A DNA stretch of 39,320 nt from a virus (taxonomy: Duplodnaviria > Caudoviricetes). The stretch covers positions 1 to 39,320 of the IMG/VR virus record IMGVR_UViG_3300027813_001600; one strand, given 5' to 3'. This document shows positions 8,371 to 17,180 of the stretch, one piece after another (within the stretch, counting starts at the first letter, position 1; the number at the start of each line of letters is the position of its first letter). A program made the translations under genes and the position numbers. Under the pieces are notes generated by a model. It did no database searches, was not told where the DNA came from, and saw only the letters and a list, made by a program, of their open reading frames with translations.

Positions 8371-9060
8371 TTAACTATTTATCTTAGGAAACAACATATC
8401 GGTACAGAACTTATCGACATCTGCTTCATCAAGTCCTAGACTCTTCATTGTGCGAGGAGTGTGTGGGTTCTGTTGTTGGTTATGGCAGTAATAGTTCTGT
8501 GCGCCAATTACCATTTCGCTATTACCGCAGCCAGTAAACTCGCCTATCTCATCAAAGTATGCACGTAGATTGCCTAATGCTAATTCTATAATAGCAGTTG
8601 CTTCTTCTTCTGTGCTTACGTTACCAGCGGCAAGCATCTTATCTGTAAAGATGTTAGTTGCCCACTCAGGTAACTGTCGTTGCTTCTTAGGAATAAAGTC
8701 TGCAACACTTTCTTTGTATCCGTCAATCATAGGATTATCGTGATCACTACTAGGACTAAAGTCGTGGAACGCACCTGTCATTTTGTTCTTGCCTGCAATA
8801 ACATCAAAGCCGTATATTGGTCCATCGTTATTTGTTACAGGAAATACGCATACGTGCATCATCCATAGACCTTTGCTCTCACGTGCATCTACAACATCTA
8901 TGTGCGCTCTACGTACATGATCATTGCGCCACACACGATTTACCCATGTGTCGCTATTAAAGTGCGCTAGACCTGCTTCGTCGTACTCAGTAGCACTGTC
9001 GTCAAAGATTTTAATAATCTCATGTTGACATTCAATCAGTTTGTTCCATATAATGCTCAA
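8371..9060 (-). CDS. pcyX: Ferredoxin-dependent bilin reductase, PcyX type
   Basis: WVNRVW...RRAHIDVVD, LWMMHVCVFP, PIYGFDVIAG, GAFHDFSP, RQLPEWA, QNYYCHNQQQNPHT. Adjacent to heme oxygenase. Confidence 0.9.
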   Translation of the reverse strand: MSIIWNKLIECQHEIIKIFDDSATEYDEAGLAHFNSDTWVNRVWRNDHVRRAHIDVVDARESKGLWMMHVCVFPVTNNDGPIYGFDVIAGKNKMTGAFHDFSPSSDHDNPMIDGYKESVADFIPKKQRQLPEWATNIFTDKMLAAGNVSTEEEATAIIELALGNLRAYFDEIGEFTGCGNSEMVIGAQNYYCHNQQQNPHTPRTMKSLGLDEADVDKFCTDMLFPKINS

Positions 9061-9598
9061 TGTCTAACTCCATAAGTTCTTTAAATAAGTTTGCAGCTGA
9101 CTCAAACACATATTTTGTTTCGTCTGCCATAGCGTCTGTTGTTTTTGCTTTAATAGCAGCCTTCAACGCATCAGTGTCGCCTTCGAACTGATACATAGTA
9201 CCTGAGCCCGGTGCTTTACGTGCAATCATTTGTCCGCCACTTAGGTCACCGCTATGTAAAGTATAAACGTGTGCCATTAGTTTTTCAGAATCGTGCATAA
9301 TAGTACGCATGTGCTGAATATATTCTTCAGTACTAGGTACTAATACAGGAACTTCATCTTCTGACCAAAGTTCTAAGAAGTCAGCTTCAATTTTCATCTT
9401 ACGTCTAATATCAGGCAAGTCATCAAATAGTCCGTTTAGAGTAGCCATTGCTTCTAACAAGTCATATTTCTTATGTTGATTCCATAGATACGTTGCGTAT
9501 AACTTTGGATTAATTTTGCCACTCATTAGCACTTTTACAAAGCTTTGGCGCTCTGCATTGCTATGGTGGTCTTGTGTTAATTCTTTTAAGTTGCTCAT
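9032..9598 (-). CDS. hemO: Heme oxygenase
   Basis: LKELTQDHHSNAE carries the proximal His. Distal helix AHVYTLHSGDLSGGQMI. Confidence 0.93.
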   Translation of the reverse strand: MSNLKELTQDHHSNAERQSFVKVLMSGKINPKLYATYLWNQHKKYDLLEAMATLNGLFDDLPDIRRKMKIEADFLELWSEDEVPVLVPSTEEYIQHMRTIMHDSEKLMAHVYTLHSGDLSGGQMIARKAPGSGTMYQFEGDTDALKAAIKAKTTDAMADETKYVFESAANLFKELMELDIEHYMEQTD

Positions 9599-9900
9599 TC
9601 TTGCTCCAGTCTAAGTTGTAATGGAAATCCGTGATCCGATGAAAGTTTTACTGCTTCTACACTTTTTTGTTCGGCGATTTCGTAATTGTAAGTCCCGCAG
9701 ACTGCACTACCCTCATTATGTACTTTTAGCATTATTTGCTGCGATGTAGTCTCAGTATGCTTAAAGATACTAACTAATACATTTACTACCCAGTCCATAG
9801 GTGTGCTATTGTCATCAAGTAAAATTACATTAAACTTTTTAGGCATGAGTGTTTCTTGTTTAATTTTCTCATCAATAATGACTTCGGTGTCTGTACTCAT
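9595..9900 (-). CDS. clpS: Clp protease adaptor ClpS
   Basis: PKKFNVILLDDNSTPMDWVVNVL, IMLKVHNEGSAVCGTYNYEIAEQK, GFPLQLRLE. SD spacing favours 9900 over 9906. Confidence 0.95.
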   Translation of the reverse strand: MSTDTEVIIDEKIKQETLMPKKFNVILLDDNSTPMDWVVNVLVSIFKHTETTSQQIMLKVHNEGSAVCGTYNYEIAEQKSVEAVKLSSDHGFPLQLRLEQE

Positions 9901-9921
9901 GTTCATTCTCCTGTATTAATG

Positions 9922-9946
9922 TTGGGGGAGATATTTCACTCCCCCT
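9922..9946 (-). terminator. GC hairpin between hsp20 and clpS (terminator or processing/stability stem)
   Basis: GGGGGAG...CTCCCCC inverted repeat, but no U-tract on the minus strand. Confidence 0.4.
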
Positions 9947-9953
9947 AGACTGC

Positions 9954-10430
9954 TTACTTGTCTAATAAACCGTCAGTTGCTTTTTGTGTTGCGCCTGATG
10001 TAACAATCTTAATTGTCTTAGGCTTTAATGCATCTGGTACTTCACGCTTTAGGTGTACATTAAGCATACCTAATTCAAGTGTAGCACCTTCTACTTCAAC
10101 GTGGTCAGCAAGTGTAAACTCTCTACGGAAGTTGCGTCCGCCGATTCCTTTGTGTAGGTAGTTTACTTCTTCGTCTCCCTTGGGGGCAGTTCCTACAACC
10201 TGTAGTTGATCACCATCTTTAGTAATCTCAAGGTCTTCCATACTAAAGCCAGCAACTGCGATACTAATCATATATTCGTAGTCGTTAATTTGTGCGATGT
10301 TGTATGGAGGATAACCACTTGCATTTGGACTCTTCTCAAAGCCTCTTTCGAGTTCATTAAACAGTCTATCAAAGCCAATAGTAGCTCTGTGAAATTGTGG
10401 TAGGTTTAGTTGTGTTTGTAGTCTTGTCAT
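9954..10430 (-). CDS. hsp20: Small heat-shock protein (IbpA/Hsp20)
   Basis: IGFDRLF, GYPPYNI, IAVAGF, YLHKGIGGRNFRREFTLADHVEV, GMLNVHL. Confidence 0.96.
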   Translation of the reverse strand: MTRLQTQLNLPQFHRATIGFDRLFNELERGFEKSPNASGYPPYNIAQINDYEYMISIAVAGFSMEDLEITKDGDQLQVVGTAPKGDEEVNYLHKGIGGRNFRREFTLADHVEVEGATLELGMLNVHLKREVPDALKPKTIKIVTSGATQKATDGLLDK

Positions 10431-10493
10431 TTTTTTCTCCTTTTTAAAAGCAAGATTAATTATGTGACCCTTACGGCATCACATAATTATTTA
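10431..10493 (-). promoter_or_regulatory. ROSE-like RNA thermometer in the hsp20 5' UTR, behind a TAAATA promoter
   Basis: Leader reads AATTATGTGATGCCGTAAGGGTCACATAATT (hairpin), then TCTTGCTTTT-AA-AAAGGAGA. The UUGCU motif pairs with the SD and leaves a bulged G. Confidence 0.75.
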
Positions 10494-11615
10494 TCATTTG
10501 CCTGCGTACACGGAATTAAATTGTTGTGTACAACGAACAAACGTTGTGCATTTGCTAAGTTGCTTTAGCTTCAAAGCGCCTGCGTATGTACAAGTGCTAC
10601 GCAATCCGCCTAGCAAGTCCTGCACTGTAGCCGCTACTTCTCCTCTGTAAGGAACAAGTACTTCGCGGCCTTCTGATGAACGATAGTCTTTAAGTCCACC
10701 AAAATGTTTTGTGTTTGCTGCATCACTACTCATACCGTAGAACTGTACAAACTGTTTCTTGTCTACATTCTGCAAGCCAGTATCGTCAAGAATTTCATTT
10801 GACCAATAGCGTTTTGTAATTACGTCACCGCCGCCTTCATCGTGTCCGGCAAGCATACCGCCAAGCATTACAAAGTCGGCGCCGCCAGCAAAAGCCTTAG
10901 CCACATCACCAGGACAAGTGCAGCCGCCATCAGCGATAATATGTCCGCCAAGTCCATGCGCCGCATCTGCACACTCAATGACTGCACTAAGCTGCGGATA
11001 CCCGACTCCTGTTTGGATTCTTGTTGTACACACACTTCCTGGTCCGATTCCAACTTTAACAATGTCTGCTCCTGCAAGTATCAACTCCTCTGTCATTTCG
11101 CCAGTAACTACATTACCTGCGATGATTACTAAATGTGGAAATGCTTCACGCACTTTACGAACGTGTTGTGCAAAGTGATCACTGTAGCCATTTGCAATGT
11201 CCATACACACATATTTTAATTGATCGCATACTTCTGCTTGCACATCAACCAACTTATGAAAGTCGTCATCGCTTGTGCCAATACTCATAGCAACATTGTT
11301 TGTACGCTCTGGTATGTTGCTGTTAAAGTATTCTACAAGTTGTTCTACTGTGTACGTTTTAACAAGACAAGTAAAGATACCACCTTCGGCAAGTTTATCA
11401 GCCATTTCAAATGTGCCAACACCGTCCATGTTACTTGCCATAATAGGCACACCACGATAATGTTTGTGCTTAATATTATCCGGAAAGTCTGGTTGGTAGT
11501 TACGAAATGTAAATCCACGCTCTAATTGCACTTGTTTACGGCTGCTTAGTGTGCTACGTTTAGGACGTATTAGTACATCTTTGTAGTCTAGTTTGATATC
11601 TTGATCAATTCGCAT
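10494..11615 (-). CDS. guaC: GMP reductase
   Basis: [59 protein letters not shown]. Confidence 0.97.
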   Translation of the reverse strand: MRIDQDIKLDYKDVLIRPKRSTLSSRKQVQLERGFTFRNYQPDFPDNIKHKHYRGVPIMASNMDGVGTFEMADKLAEGGIFTCLVKTYTVEQLVEYFNSNIPERTNNVAMSIGTSDDDFHKLVDVQAEVCDQLKYVCMDIANGYSDHFAQHVRKVREAFPHLVIIAGNVVTGEMTEELILAGADIVKVGIGPGSVCTTRIQTGVGYPQLSAVIECADAAHGLGGHIIADGGCTCPGDVAKAFAGGADFVMLGGMLAGHDEGGGDVITKRYWSNEILDDTGLQNVDKKQFVQFYGMSSDAANTKHFGGLKDYRSSEGREVLVPYRGEVAATVQDLLGGLRSTCTYAGALKLKQLSKCTTFVRCTQQFNSVYAGK

Positions 11616-11626
11616 TAGTGTTCCTT

Positions 11627-11884
11627 TTAATAAAGTCGACGTGCATGAATGTCTTCTTTAGAAAGTTTTTTCTTCCAACGTGCTATACCGGCCTTTTTTG
11701 CTTTTGCACGTTTCATGCTTGGCTTAACAAATTCTTGACGGTCACGGACTTCTTGGATAATGCCAGCTTCCTGTACTTTCTTTTTGAAACGCCGTAATGC
11801 ACCATTAATGTCATCATTGCGTACTTCAACACGGCATCCGTCATTCATTGGGTTGCCGTTTGGCTTAAAATTATTCTTTTTCAA
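11627..11884 (-). CDS. rpsU: Ribosomal protein bS21
   Basis: [38 protein letters not shown]. Confidence 0.93.
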   Translation of the reverse strand: MKKNNFKPNGNPMNDGCRVEVRNDDINGALRRFKKKVQEAGIIQEVRDRQEFVKPSMKRAKAKKAGIARWKKKLSKEDIHARRLY

Positions 11885-12260
11885 TGGTACCTCCTACGAT
11901 ACTGTCTAAGTTATATATTCTGTTTGGACTTATCTTATTATACCACATTTGTTCCCCATTTGTCAACCAATAAGTGTTTGTATTGGCAATAAAATATGAA
12001 GCTAGCGATGCAATATTACTAGGGCAGTTATCAATATCAATGATAACAATATCTGCCTGTTTGGCTAGACCTAACAACCAATCAGGATCATGCTCGTCGT
12101 GTTCCACTTCATACAAGTGGACATTTAAGGCGCGATCATCATCTGATATTATATTGTTAAATTGTTCTTTTACTATAGTGCTTGGGTAGATTAGTAAAAA
12201 GCTGTAGTTGTTATTATACAGCCTGTCTGGGGGTGTTATTAAGTTTATTTTGTTGTTCAC
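11871..12260 (-). CDS. Hypothetical phage protein
   Basis: 129-aa ORF overlapping both neighbours in the operon. Confidence 0.7.
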   Translation of the reverse strand: MNNKINLITPPDRLYNNNYSFLLIYPSTIVKEQFNNIISDDDRALNVHLYEVEHDEHDPDWLLGLAKQADIVIIDIDNCPSNIASLASYFIANTNTYWLTNGEQMWYNKISPNRIYNLDSIVGGTIEKE

Positions 12261-14311
12261 TTATCACCTATTGTTTTCCAAAGAGAGTTTTCTTTTTGCT
12301 CTTGGTTCTGTATATATCCAGTTTGTATAACATCTTCTGTTAGTCCTGGACTAATTACATACTTTTGCCAAGGTAGTTCGTCTATAATGCCGTGTAAGTA
12401 TTTTTTCTTAGCTTCTTTTAGAGTTTCATTTGGATTTTCATCTTTCCAACGCTGTTTAGCATCGGCCCAGTCAGGAAGGTTATCAAGTTCGTCTAGCTGT
12501 TCTTCAGTAAACTTATTATACGATGCTGGTGATTCATCTAGTTCTTCTTGATAAAACATTCTGTTAGCAGTGTCTGGAATATCCGTGTTACTTGACCCTT
12601 CCGAAAATTCTATACTTTTTTTTTGAACTGGAACTTCTTCTTCTGGTTTTGCATACATGTAGGATTGTGCTATCTTATCTTCATTACGTTGCTCTTGTTC
12701 CATTTCTTTGATATATGCATCTAATTGTGCTTCACCACTAAACTCTTTGTCTATTGTTTCTTGATCAATGTCTTCGTATTTAGGAACTTCGATTTTTTCG
12801 TCTGGGTCTTTTGGGCCCGGGTTGTCAACTATCTTTTGCATCCTTGCACGGTCATTGCTTATACCTTTGTTCCTTCGAGCAAAGTCAAACGTATACTGAC
12901 TAGCAATTAGTAACAGTACTGCAAGTGGGTCAAACACAAAGATAATAATTATAATTACCCATGTAACTGCTTTTTCAAGCATGTTCTTGTCTGCGTCTTC
13001 GCCATACACAAATTCAGCAATGTATTTGATTGGACCTACTTCTGCTTCTAGTTGACGATACTCGCCTTCTAGTTCGTACTTCTGTTCTGTAAGTATTTCT
13101 ATTTCTGCATTAGCTGTTTTAATACGGTCGCCTTGTTCATCGACCGCCGCATCAATTTCAACTGTTTTATCTGTTTGTGCAAGCTGGCCACGTAGTCGTT
13201 CAATAAGCGTTTGACTGTTAGCTACTTGTGCTTCTGCACTTTCACGTAGTCGTTGTATCTCATCTCTTGCTGTAGAAATCACAGGCGATTCAGTTTGGCG
13301 CACTTCGTTAATCTTATCTAACATAGTTAGTTCACGAGCTTTGAGTGCAGGTATTTGTACTGTGCGAATGTCTTTAACAACACCTGCTAGACGTGTACGT
13401 TCTTTGTCTACTGTAGATGTTGCGTCTTTGCGTACTTGTGCTACTTCGCCTTGTATTTGCGTTATACGGTCTCGTTGACCTTGTACCCACTTAGCAAGAG
13501 CAGTTCTAGTGTTACCACCAAACAGTCCATCGCTAGTAACACCGATAATGGCTTGTCCTGCACGTACTTGTCCATCTTCTTTTGATTGTAATTGGTTTGT
13601 GACACGAATAATCTCTTCTTCTAATCCCGATATCTGTGCTAGTAACGGCTCTACACCACTCGAGTCACTTGATAGTGTGCTAATTGAAGACTCATACTCT
13701 TTAGCACTTGTTTCTAAACGTAGGATCTCTGCTGTAATACTTGTAAGCTGATCTTCGTATGGCTTTGTGCGAGTAGAGTCGTTTGTTCTTGCGCTTTCAA
13801 TAGTTACGTTCTGTTGTGCAATAGCAGGTTCAATACGTTTAAACGCTAGGTCAATACGTTCTTGCTCTTTGTCTATTTGTGATTGTATGTTAGCATCACT
13901 ACCTGTGCCACTAGTTTGTAGTGCATTAATCTTAGTTTCTGCACGAACAATAATTTCTTCTTGTCTACCAATCTCAGTTATTAGTCGCTCTACTTGTGCA
14001 ACACTTTCTTCGCCAGCACTTGTCTGTTCAATGTGTGCTTTACTTAGGTAGCCAAAGATGCCCATGCTTGTGATAAACATAAGAACAAGTACAGCTAGTG
14101 CTAGGTAATATTTAAGCCACCATGCTGCTTGAGACCAATACCTATGCAACCATACTGCTGTAACTAGTTTAGCTACTTCAAGTGTTGTGCCCATAATCAT
14201 TATGGGAATGGCTGCGGCAGCAAATATAGCCACTAGGCCCGCTACCGAATAATATATTGCGACCGCACTAATTGTTAGTGCTGTCAGCATTGTAAGAAAA
14301 GCTAAAAACAT
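12257..14311 (-). CDS. Inner-membrane protein with long periplasmic coiled coil and peptidoglycan-binding-like motif
   Basis: N-terminal TM helices, a coiled coil of roughly 330 aa containing GVTSDGLFGGNTRTALAKW, a further TM (IIIIIFVFDPLAVLLLIA) and an acidic tail. Start MFLAFL lies 7 nt after TAAATA. Confidence 0.7.
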   Translation of the reverse strand: MFLAFLTMLTALTISAVAIYYSVAGLVAIFAAAAIPIMIMGTTLEVAKLVTAVWLHRYWSQAAWWLKYYLALAVLVLMFITSMGIFGYLSKAHIEQTSAGEESVAQVERLITEIGRQEEIIVRAETKINALQTSGTGSDANIQSQIDKEQERIDLAFKRIEPAIAQQNVTIESARTNDSTRTKPYEDQLTSITAEILRLETSAKEYESSISTLSSDSSGVEPLLAQISGLEEEIIRVTNQLQSKEDGQVRAGQAIIGVTSDGLFGGNTRTALAKWVQGQRDRITQIQGEVAQVRKDATSTVDKERTRLAGVVKDIRTVQIPALKARELTMLDKINEVRQTESPVISTARDEIQRLRESAEAQVANSQTLIERLRGQLAQTDKTVEIDAAVDEQGDRIKTANAEIEILTEQKYELEGEYRQLEAEVGPIKYIAEFVYGEDADKNMLEKAVTWVIIIIIFVFDPLAVLLLIASQYTFDFARRNKGISNDRARMQKIVDNPGPKDPDEKIEVPKYEDIDQETIDKEFSGEAQLDAYIKEMEQEQRNEDKIAQSYMYAKPEEEVPVQKKSIEFSEGSSNTDIPDTANRMFYQEELDESPASYNKFTEEQLDELDNLPDWADAKQRWKDENPNETLKEAKKKYLHGIIDELPWQKYVISPGLTEDVIQTGYIQNQEQKENSLWKTIGDK

Positions 14312-14360
14312 TGTAGTGTATTTATTGGGTTCTGGATACATAATTAACCTTTACTATTAC

Positions 14361-14756
14361 TCAATTAAACTTCCAACGTTTAGCACTGCTATTATAGCAG
14401 GCAGTTTCCTGGAAGTGTTTTTGTTTGCCTCTATACATCATTGTATTAAACATATAGTGACACCCTGTTGCATCAATTTGTACAAGTTTTACAACACCAA
14501 TACTGTTACCTGGCACCTCCCAAGTACATTGTTCGCCGACTTGCATTTCTCTTAATGCAAAATCAACACACCTATTGTACTCAGCTTGTGCTATTGTTGG
14601 AACTGTATAATAGTTCTTTTTAATGGCATTAAAGCCCAGATCGTATGCGCTTCTATTAGCTTGGAACTGTGTAGCAACACTAAAGTTAGTAGTAGGATTG
14701 CTAGCACCACATGCTGTTAGTAAACTAATCGAAAGTAGGATAAGCAAAAGCCGCAT
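14361..14756 (-). CDS. Lipoprotein (resembles 17-kDa surface antigen/RT0821-type fold)
   Basis: MRLLLILLSISLLTAC lipobox; GGAG SD; paired Cys (CTW...GC...TACY). Family assignment tentative. Confidence 0.65.
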   Translation of the reverse strand: MRLLLILLSISLLTACGASNPTTNFSVATQFQANRSAYDLGFNAIKKNYYTVPTIAQAEYNRCVDFALREMQVGEQCTWEVPGNSIGVVKLVQIDATGCHYMFNTMMYRGKQKHFQETACYNSSAKRWKFN

Positions 14757-15090
14757 TGACTGGTCTCCATGTTGCTCGACCACGATGGTCTGTAAATTTA
14801 CACAATAATGTTTCACCAGCTTTAGGATCGTTTCTGTTAGAGTCTAACGGACGACTGATCCTACAACTACTAGCAACACCTATATCCTTAACAACGTGTT
14901 CTACTCTAGGCTTGTCAGTACATTCAGTTAAGCCTTCGCTGTTTACTGTATCACCTTGTGTACGAATCTTAGTTGTTTGATAACAATACTGCGAATTGCT
15001 ATGATAGCCGTTGTTTGTCATCATCTTTGGACTAGATGAGCATGCTGACATTGCCAGCATGACTCCTAGTAATACAATTATCTTAGTCAT
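14725..15090 (-). CDS. Cys-rich lipoprotein
   Basis: MTKIIVLLGVMLAMSAC lipobox; four further Cys. Confidence 0.7.
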   Translation of the reverse strand: MTKIIVLLGVMLAMSACSSSPKMMTNNGYHSNSQYCYQTTKIRTQGDTVNSEGLTECTDKPRVEHVVKDIGVASSCRISRPLDSNRNDPKAGETLLCKFTDHRGRATWRPVNAAFAYPTFD

Positions 15091-15646
15091 TAGACAAAGC
15101 TGCTTGTGAAGAACGTGTTAAAGCTGCTTCGTCTAGAAAGCCGTTAGCGACATTTCCAATTGTTTTAGCTTCTTGAACTAGTTGATCAAAAGTTTCTTTG
15201 TCCATTCTAAGTTTTACAAAAGTAAACATTTTACCTTGGTACTTAAACGTACCTGTTTCTTTTGCAATGTGCTCGCGGATTGATGTATTCTTTACAACAT
15301 ACTGTATACGTGTCAATGTTTGACGTGACTCAGTGCCGTTGTTATCTTTGAACTCCATTGTAGTTTCGCTGTTTACTTGTGAGTTCATTCGCTTTGCAAA
15401 GTTGTTCATTGCAATTGCGTACATTTGCTCTTCTGCGGCTTGTTGGAAAATACTTTCTCCTGCGCCACATGCAAATGCATATTCTTGCTTCCACCAAAAG
15501 TATCCAGATGCGCCTGATTCTACACAATTTGAATACCATTTCGGCTGTGCATATTCGTCGCGTTCTGTGATAGTAGTCATCCCTGAACATGCACCAAGTG
15601 CTAATGTAGTTGCAAGGATAGCTGTCGTCTTAAACAGGTTCTTCAT
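15083..15646 (-). CDS. LPP20-like lipoprotein
   Basis: Lipobox LALGAC; PKW...AFACGAGES...A pattern typical of LPP20-type proteins. Confidence 0.65.
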   Translation of the reverse strand: MKNLFKTTAILATTLALGACSGMTTITERDEYAQPKWYSNCVESGASGYFWWKQEYAFACGAGESIFQQAAEEQMYAIAMNNFAKRMNSQVNSETTMEFKDNNGTESRQTLTRIQYVVKNTSIREHIAKETGTFKYQGKMFTFVKLRMDKETFDQLVQEAKTIGNVANGFLDEAALTRSSQAALSND

Positions 15647-15701
15647 AGTAATGCCTCTTTCTGTGTGCCTTAATTAATGTTTAACTTCTGTTAACAATAC
15701 T

Positions 15702-15729
15702 AGTATATACTCTTATACTAGTTTGTCAA
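15702..15729 (-). promoter_or_regulatory. sigma70-type promoter of the lipoprotein operon
   Basis: TTGACA-16 nt-TATACT. Confidence 0.7.
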
Positions 15730-15746
15730 CCTTTTTTGGATAAATT

Positions 15747-16283
15747 TTATGGTGCTCTAAAAAATAGGTGGGCGCCGATACGTCCAATGTCATGCATGTC
15801 CTTGTTCCAACTAGGATTTACATAAGTTGCATGGTAGTGTGTGCTGCCTTCAGTAATGCCTCGCATAGTAGTTAGGACTACAATCTGATAAGCGATTGCT
15901 TGTGATTGTCGCCACATTTCTGAATTAGGAGTTGTGTCAGCTTTGCCATCGCAGTACCAGCTGAACTGACATTTGTTTCGTTTCATTGCTCCGTTTGCGG
16001 TCTTATACCCTTGATATATTACTTGGCAAATGGTATCAGGATAGCGTCGATCTGTTACACGATTAAGCACTACATCTGCAACTGCATAACGTCCTGCTAG
16101 ACTATCGCCTCGTGCTTCAAAGTAAATATTCTTAGCAAGACAGTATAACTCTGGCCGGCTTGTTTCTGCAAAAAGTTCTGCTGTATCAGGATTGTCAGTA
16201 TCTGCTCCTGCTGCTGTTGATGCAAATGATGCTCCTGCAAGTATGGATACAATTAACACAACTGATGATAAAGATAGTTTCAT
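15747..16283 (-). CDS. Cell-wall hydrolase, SleB/CwlJ (Hydrolase_2) family
   Basis: CLAKNIYFEARG, AVADVVLNRV, YPDTICQVIYQ, CQFSWYCDG, THYHATYVNPSW, IGAHLF; signal peptide. Confidence 0.95.
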   Translation of the reverse strand: MKLSLSSVVLIVSILAGASFASTAAGADTDNPDTAELFAETSRPELYCLAKNIYFEARGDSLAGRYAVADVVLNRVTDRRYPDTICQVIYQGYKTANGAMKRNKCQFSWYCDGKADTTPNSEMWRQSQAIAYQIVVLTTMRGITEGSTHYHATYVNPSWNKDMHDIGRIGAHLFFRAP

Positions 16284-16348
16284 TTTAAGTTCCTCGTCTA
16301 TTATTTAAGTTGGGATTTGAATTAGTTATCTGCGCATACGTGCGACTT

Positions 16349-16552
16349 TTACTGCTCTCCTAAAAATACTTTTAATGTTTTACCGTCGTCTTGAAAGCTA
16401 ATGCTGATACCGTTCATGTCATACTTTACAAACTCTCTGCCTTCACCAATAACTTCTACTCTAGTTACTAGCGGATGTGATTCAATAAAGTCTAAGTTGT
16501 CTTCCACTCTATTTCGTTTGTTAAATGCATCAATATCATCTTGCGTCTTCAT
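16349..16552 (-). CDS. Hypothetical phage protein
   Basis: 67-aa ORF (VTRVEVI...GREFV...SFQDDGKTLKVF), ATGA-coupled. Confidence 0.7.
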   Translation of the reverse strand: MKTQDDIDAFNKRNRVEDNLDFIESHPLVTRVEVIGEGREFVKYDMNGISISFQDDGKTLKVFLGEQ

Positions 16553-16686
16553 AGTGTAGTTTCCTTGATTTCCTGTATTAGGAGTCTCGCAAAATCTGCT
16601 ACTTGCCTAATAGGCATGTCACACCCGCATTTACACATAGGCAGTCCTGCTTTTATTGCAAATTCTTTAATACGTTCGTCTGTCAT
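16549..16686 (-). CDS. 45-aa protein with CxCGC motif
   Basis: Hand translation MTDERIKEFAIKAGLPMCKCGCDMPIRQVADFARLLIQEIKETTL*. ATGA overlaps at both ends. Confidence 0.65.
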   Translation of the reverse strand: MTDERIKEFAIKAGLPMCKCGCDMPIRQVADFARLLIQEIKETTL

Positions 16687-17117
16687 CGTCGCATCCTCGC
16701 GATTTCAATTGCTTCGTGTTTGTTATCTTCAAAGATAGGAACCATGTTACTTTTATGCATTGTAGCAATACCAAGTAGCTTACGTTCGCCTGTGTACTGC
16801 ATTGCTTCTTTCTTAGCTGCAATTCCAACACCGTTACCTGCACTTGGATAATGTTTACGTTCTTGTGTAAATGTAGCTGTAGGCTTATATTCTTTAAATT
16901 TTGTTGCTTTTACTTTTGGTTTCCAAAGACCGCGTACATATAAGTCGTAGTCTTCTAACGACATCATTTGGTCGTGGGCGTGTATACGCTTCATACTCTT
17001 ATTGTATTCGCGATGTTGCTGCACAAACTGAAGTTGTTGATTCTTTGTGCGCTTTGATTGTTTGCGCTTCTTATAAGATGTTGTTGTTAGGCCTGGGCCA
17101 CACATTGACATTGTCAT
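16683..17117 (-). CDS. Basic hypothetical phage protein
   Basis: 144 aa with C-terminal YTGERKLLGIATMHKSNMVPIF; has its own sigma70 promoter. Confidence 0.75.
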   Translation of the reverse strand: MTMSMCGPGLTTTSYKKRKQSKRTKNQQLQFVQQHREYNKSMKRIHAHDQMMSLEDYDLYVRGLWKPKVKATKFKEYKPTATFTQERKHYPSAGNGVGIAAKKEAMQYTGERKLLGIATMHKSNMVPIFEDNKHEAIEIARMRR

Positions 17118-17118
17118 A

Positions 17119-17177
17119 AAATAGTCCTGCTTCTGTTAGTTCTTATACAGTATAGCAGGACTATTTGGTTATGTCAA
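17119..17177 (-). promoter_or_regulatory. sigma70 promoter overlapped by a 13-bp inverted repeat covering the RBS
   Basis: TTGACA(17172-17177)-17-TATACT(17149-17154). Arms aaatagtcctgct (17119-17131) and agcaggactattt (17154-17166). Confidence 0.75.
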
Positions 17178-17180
17178 CCT

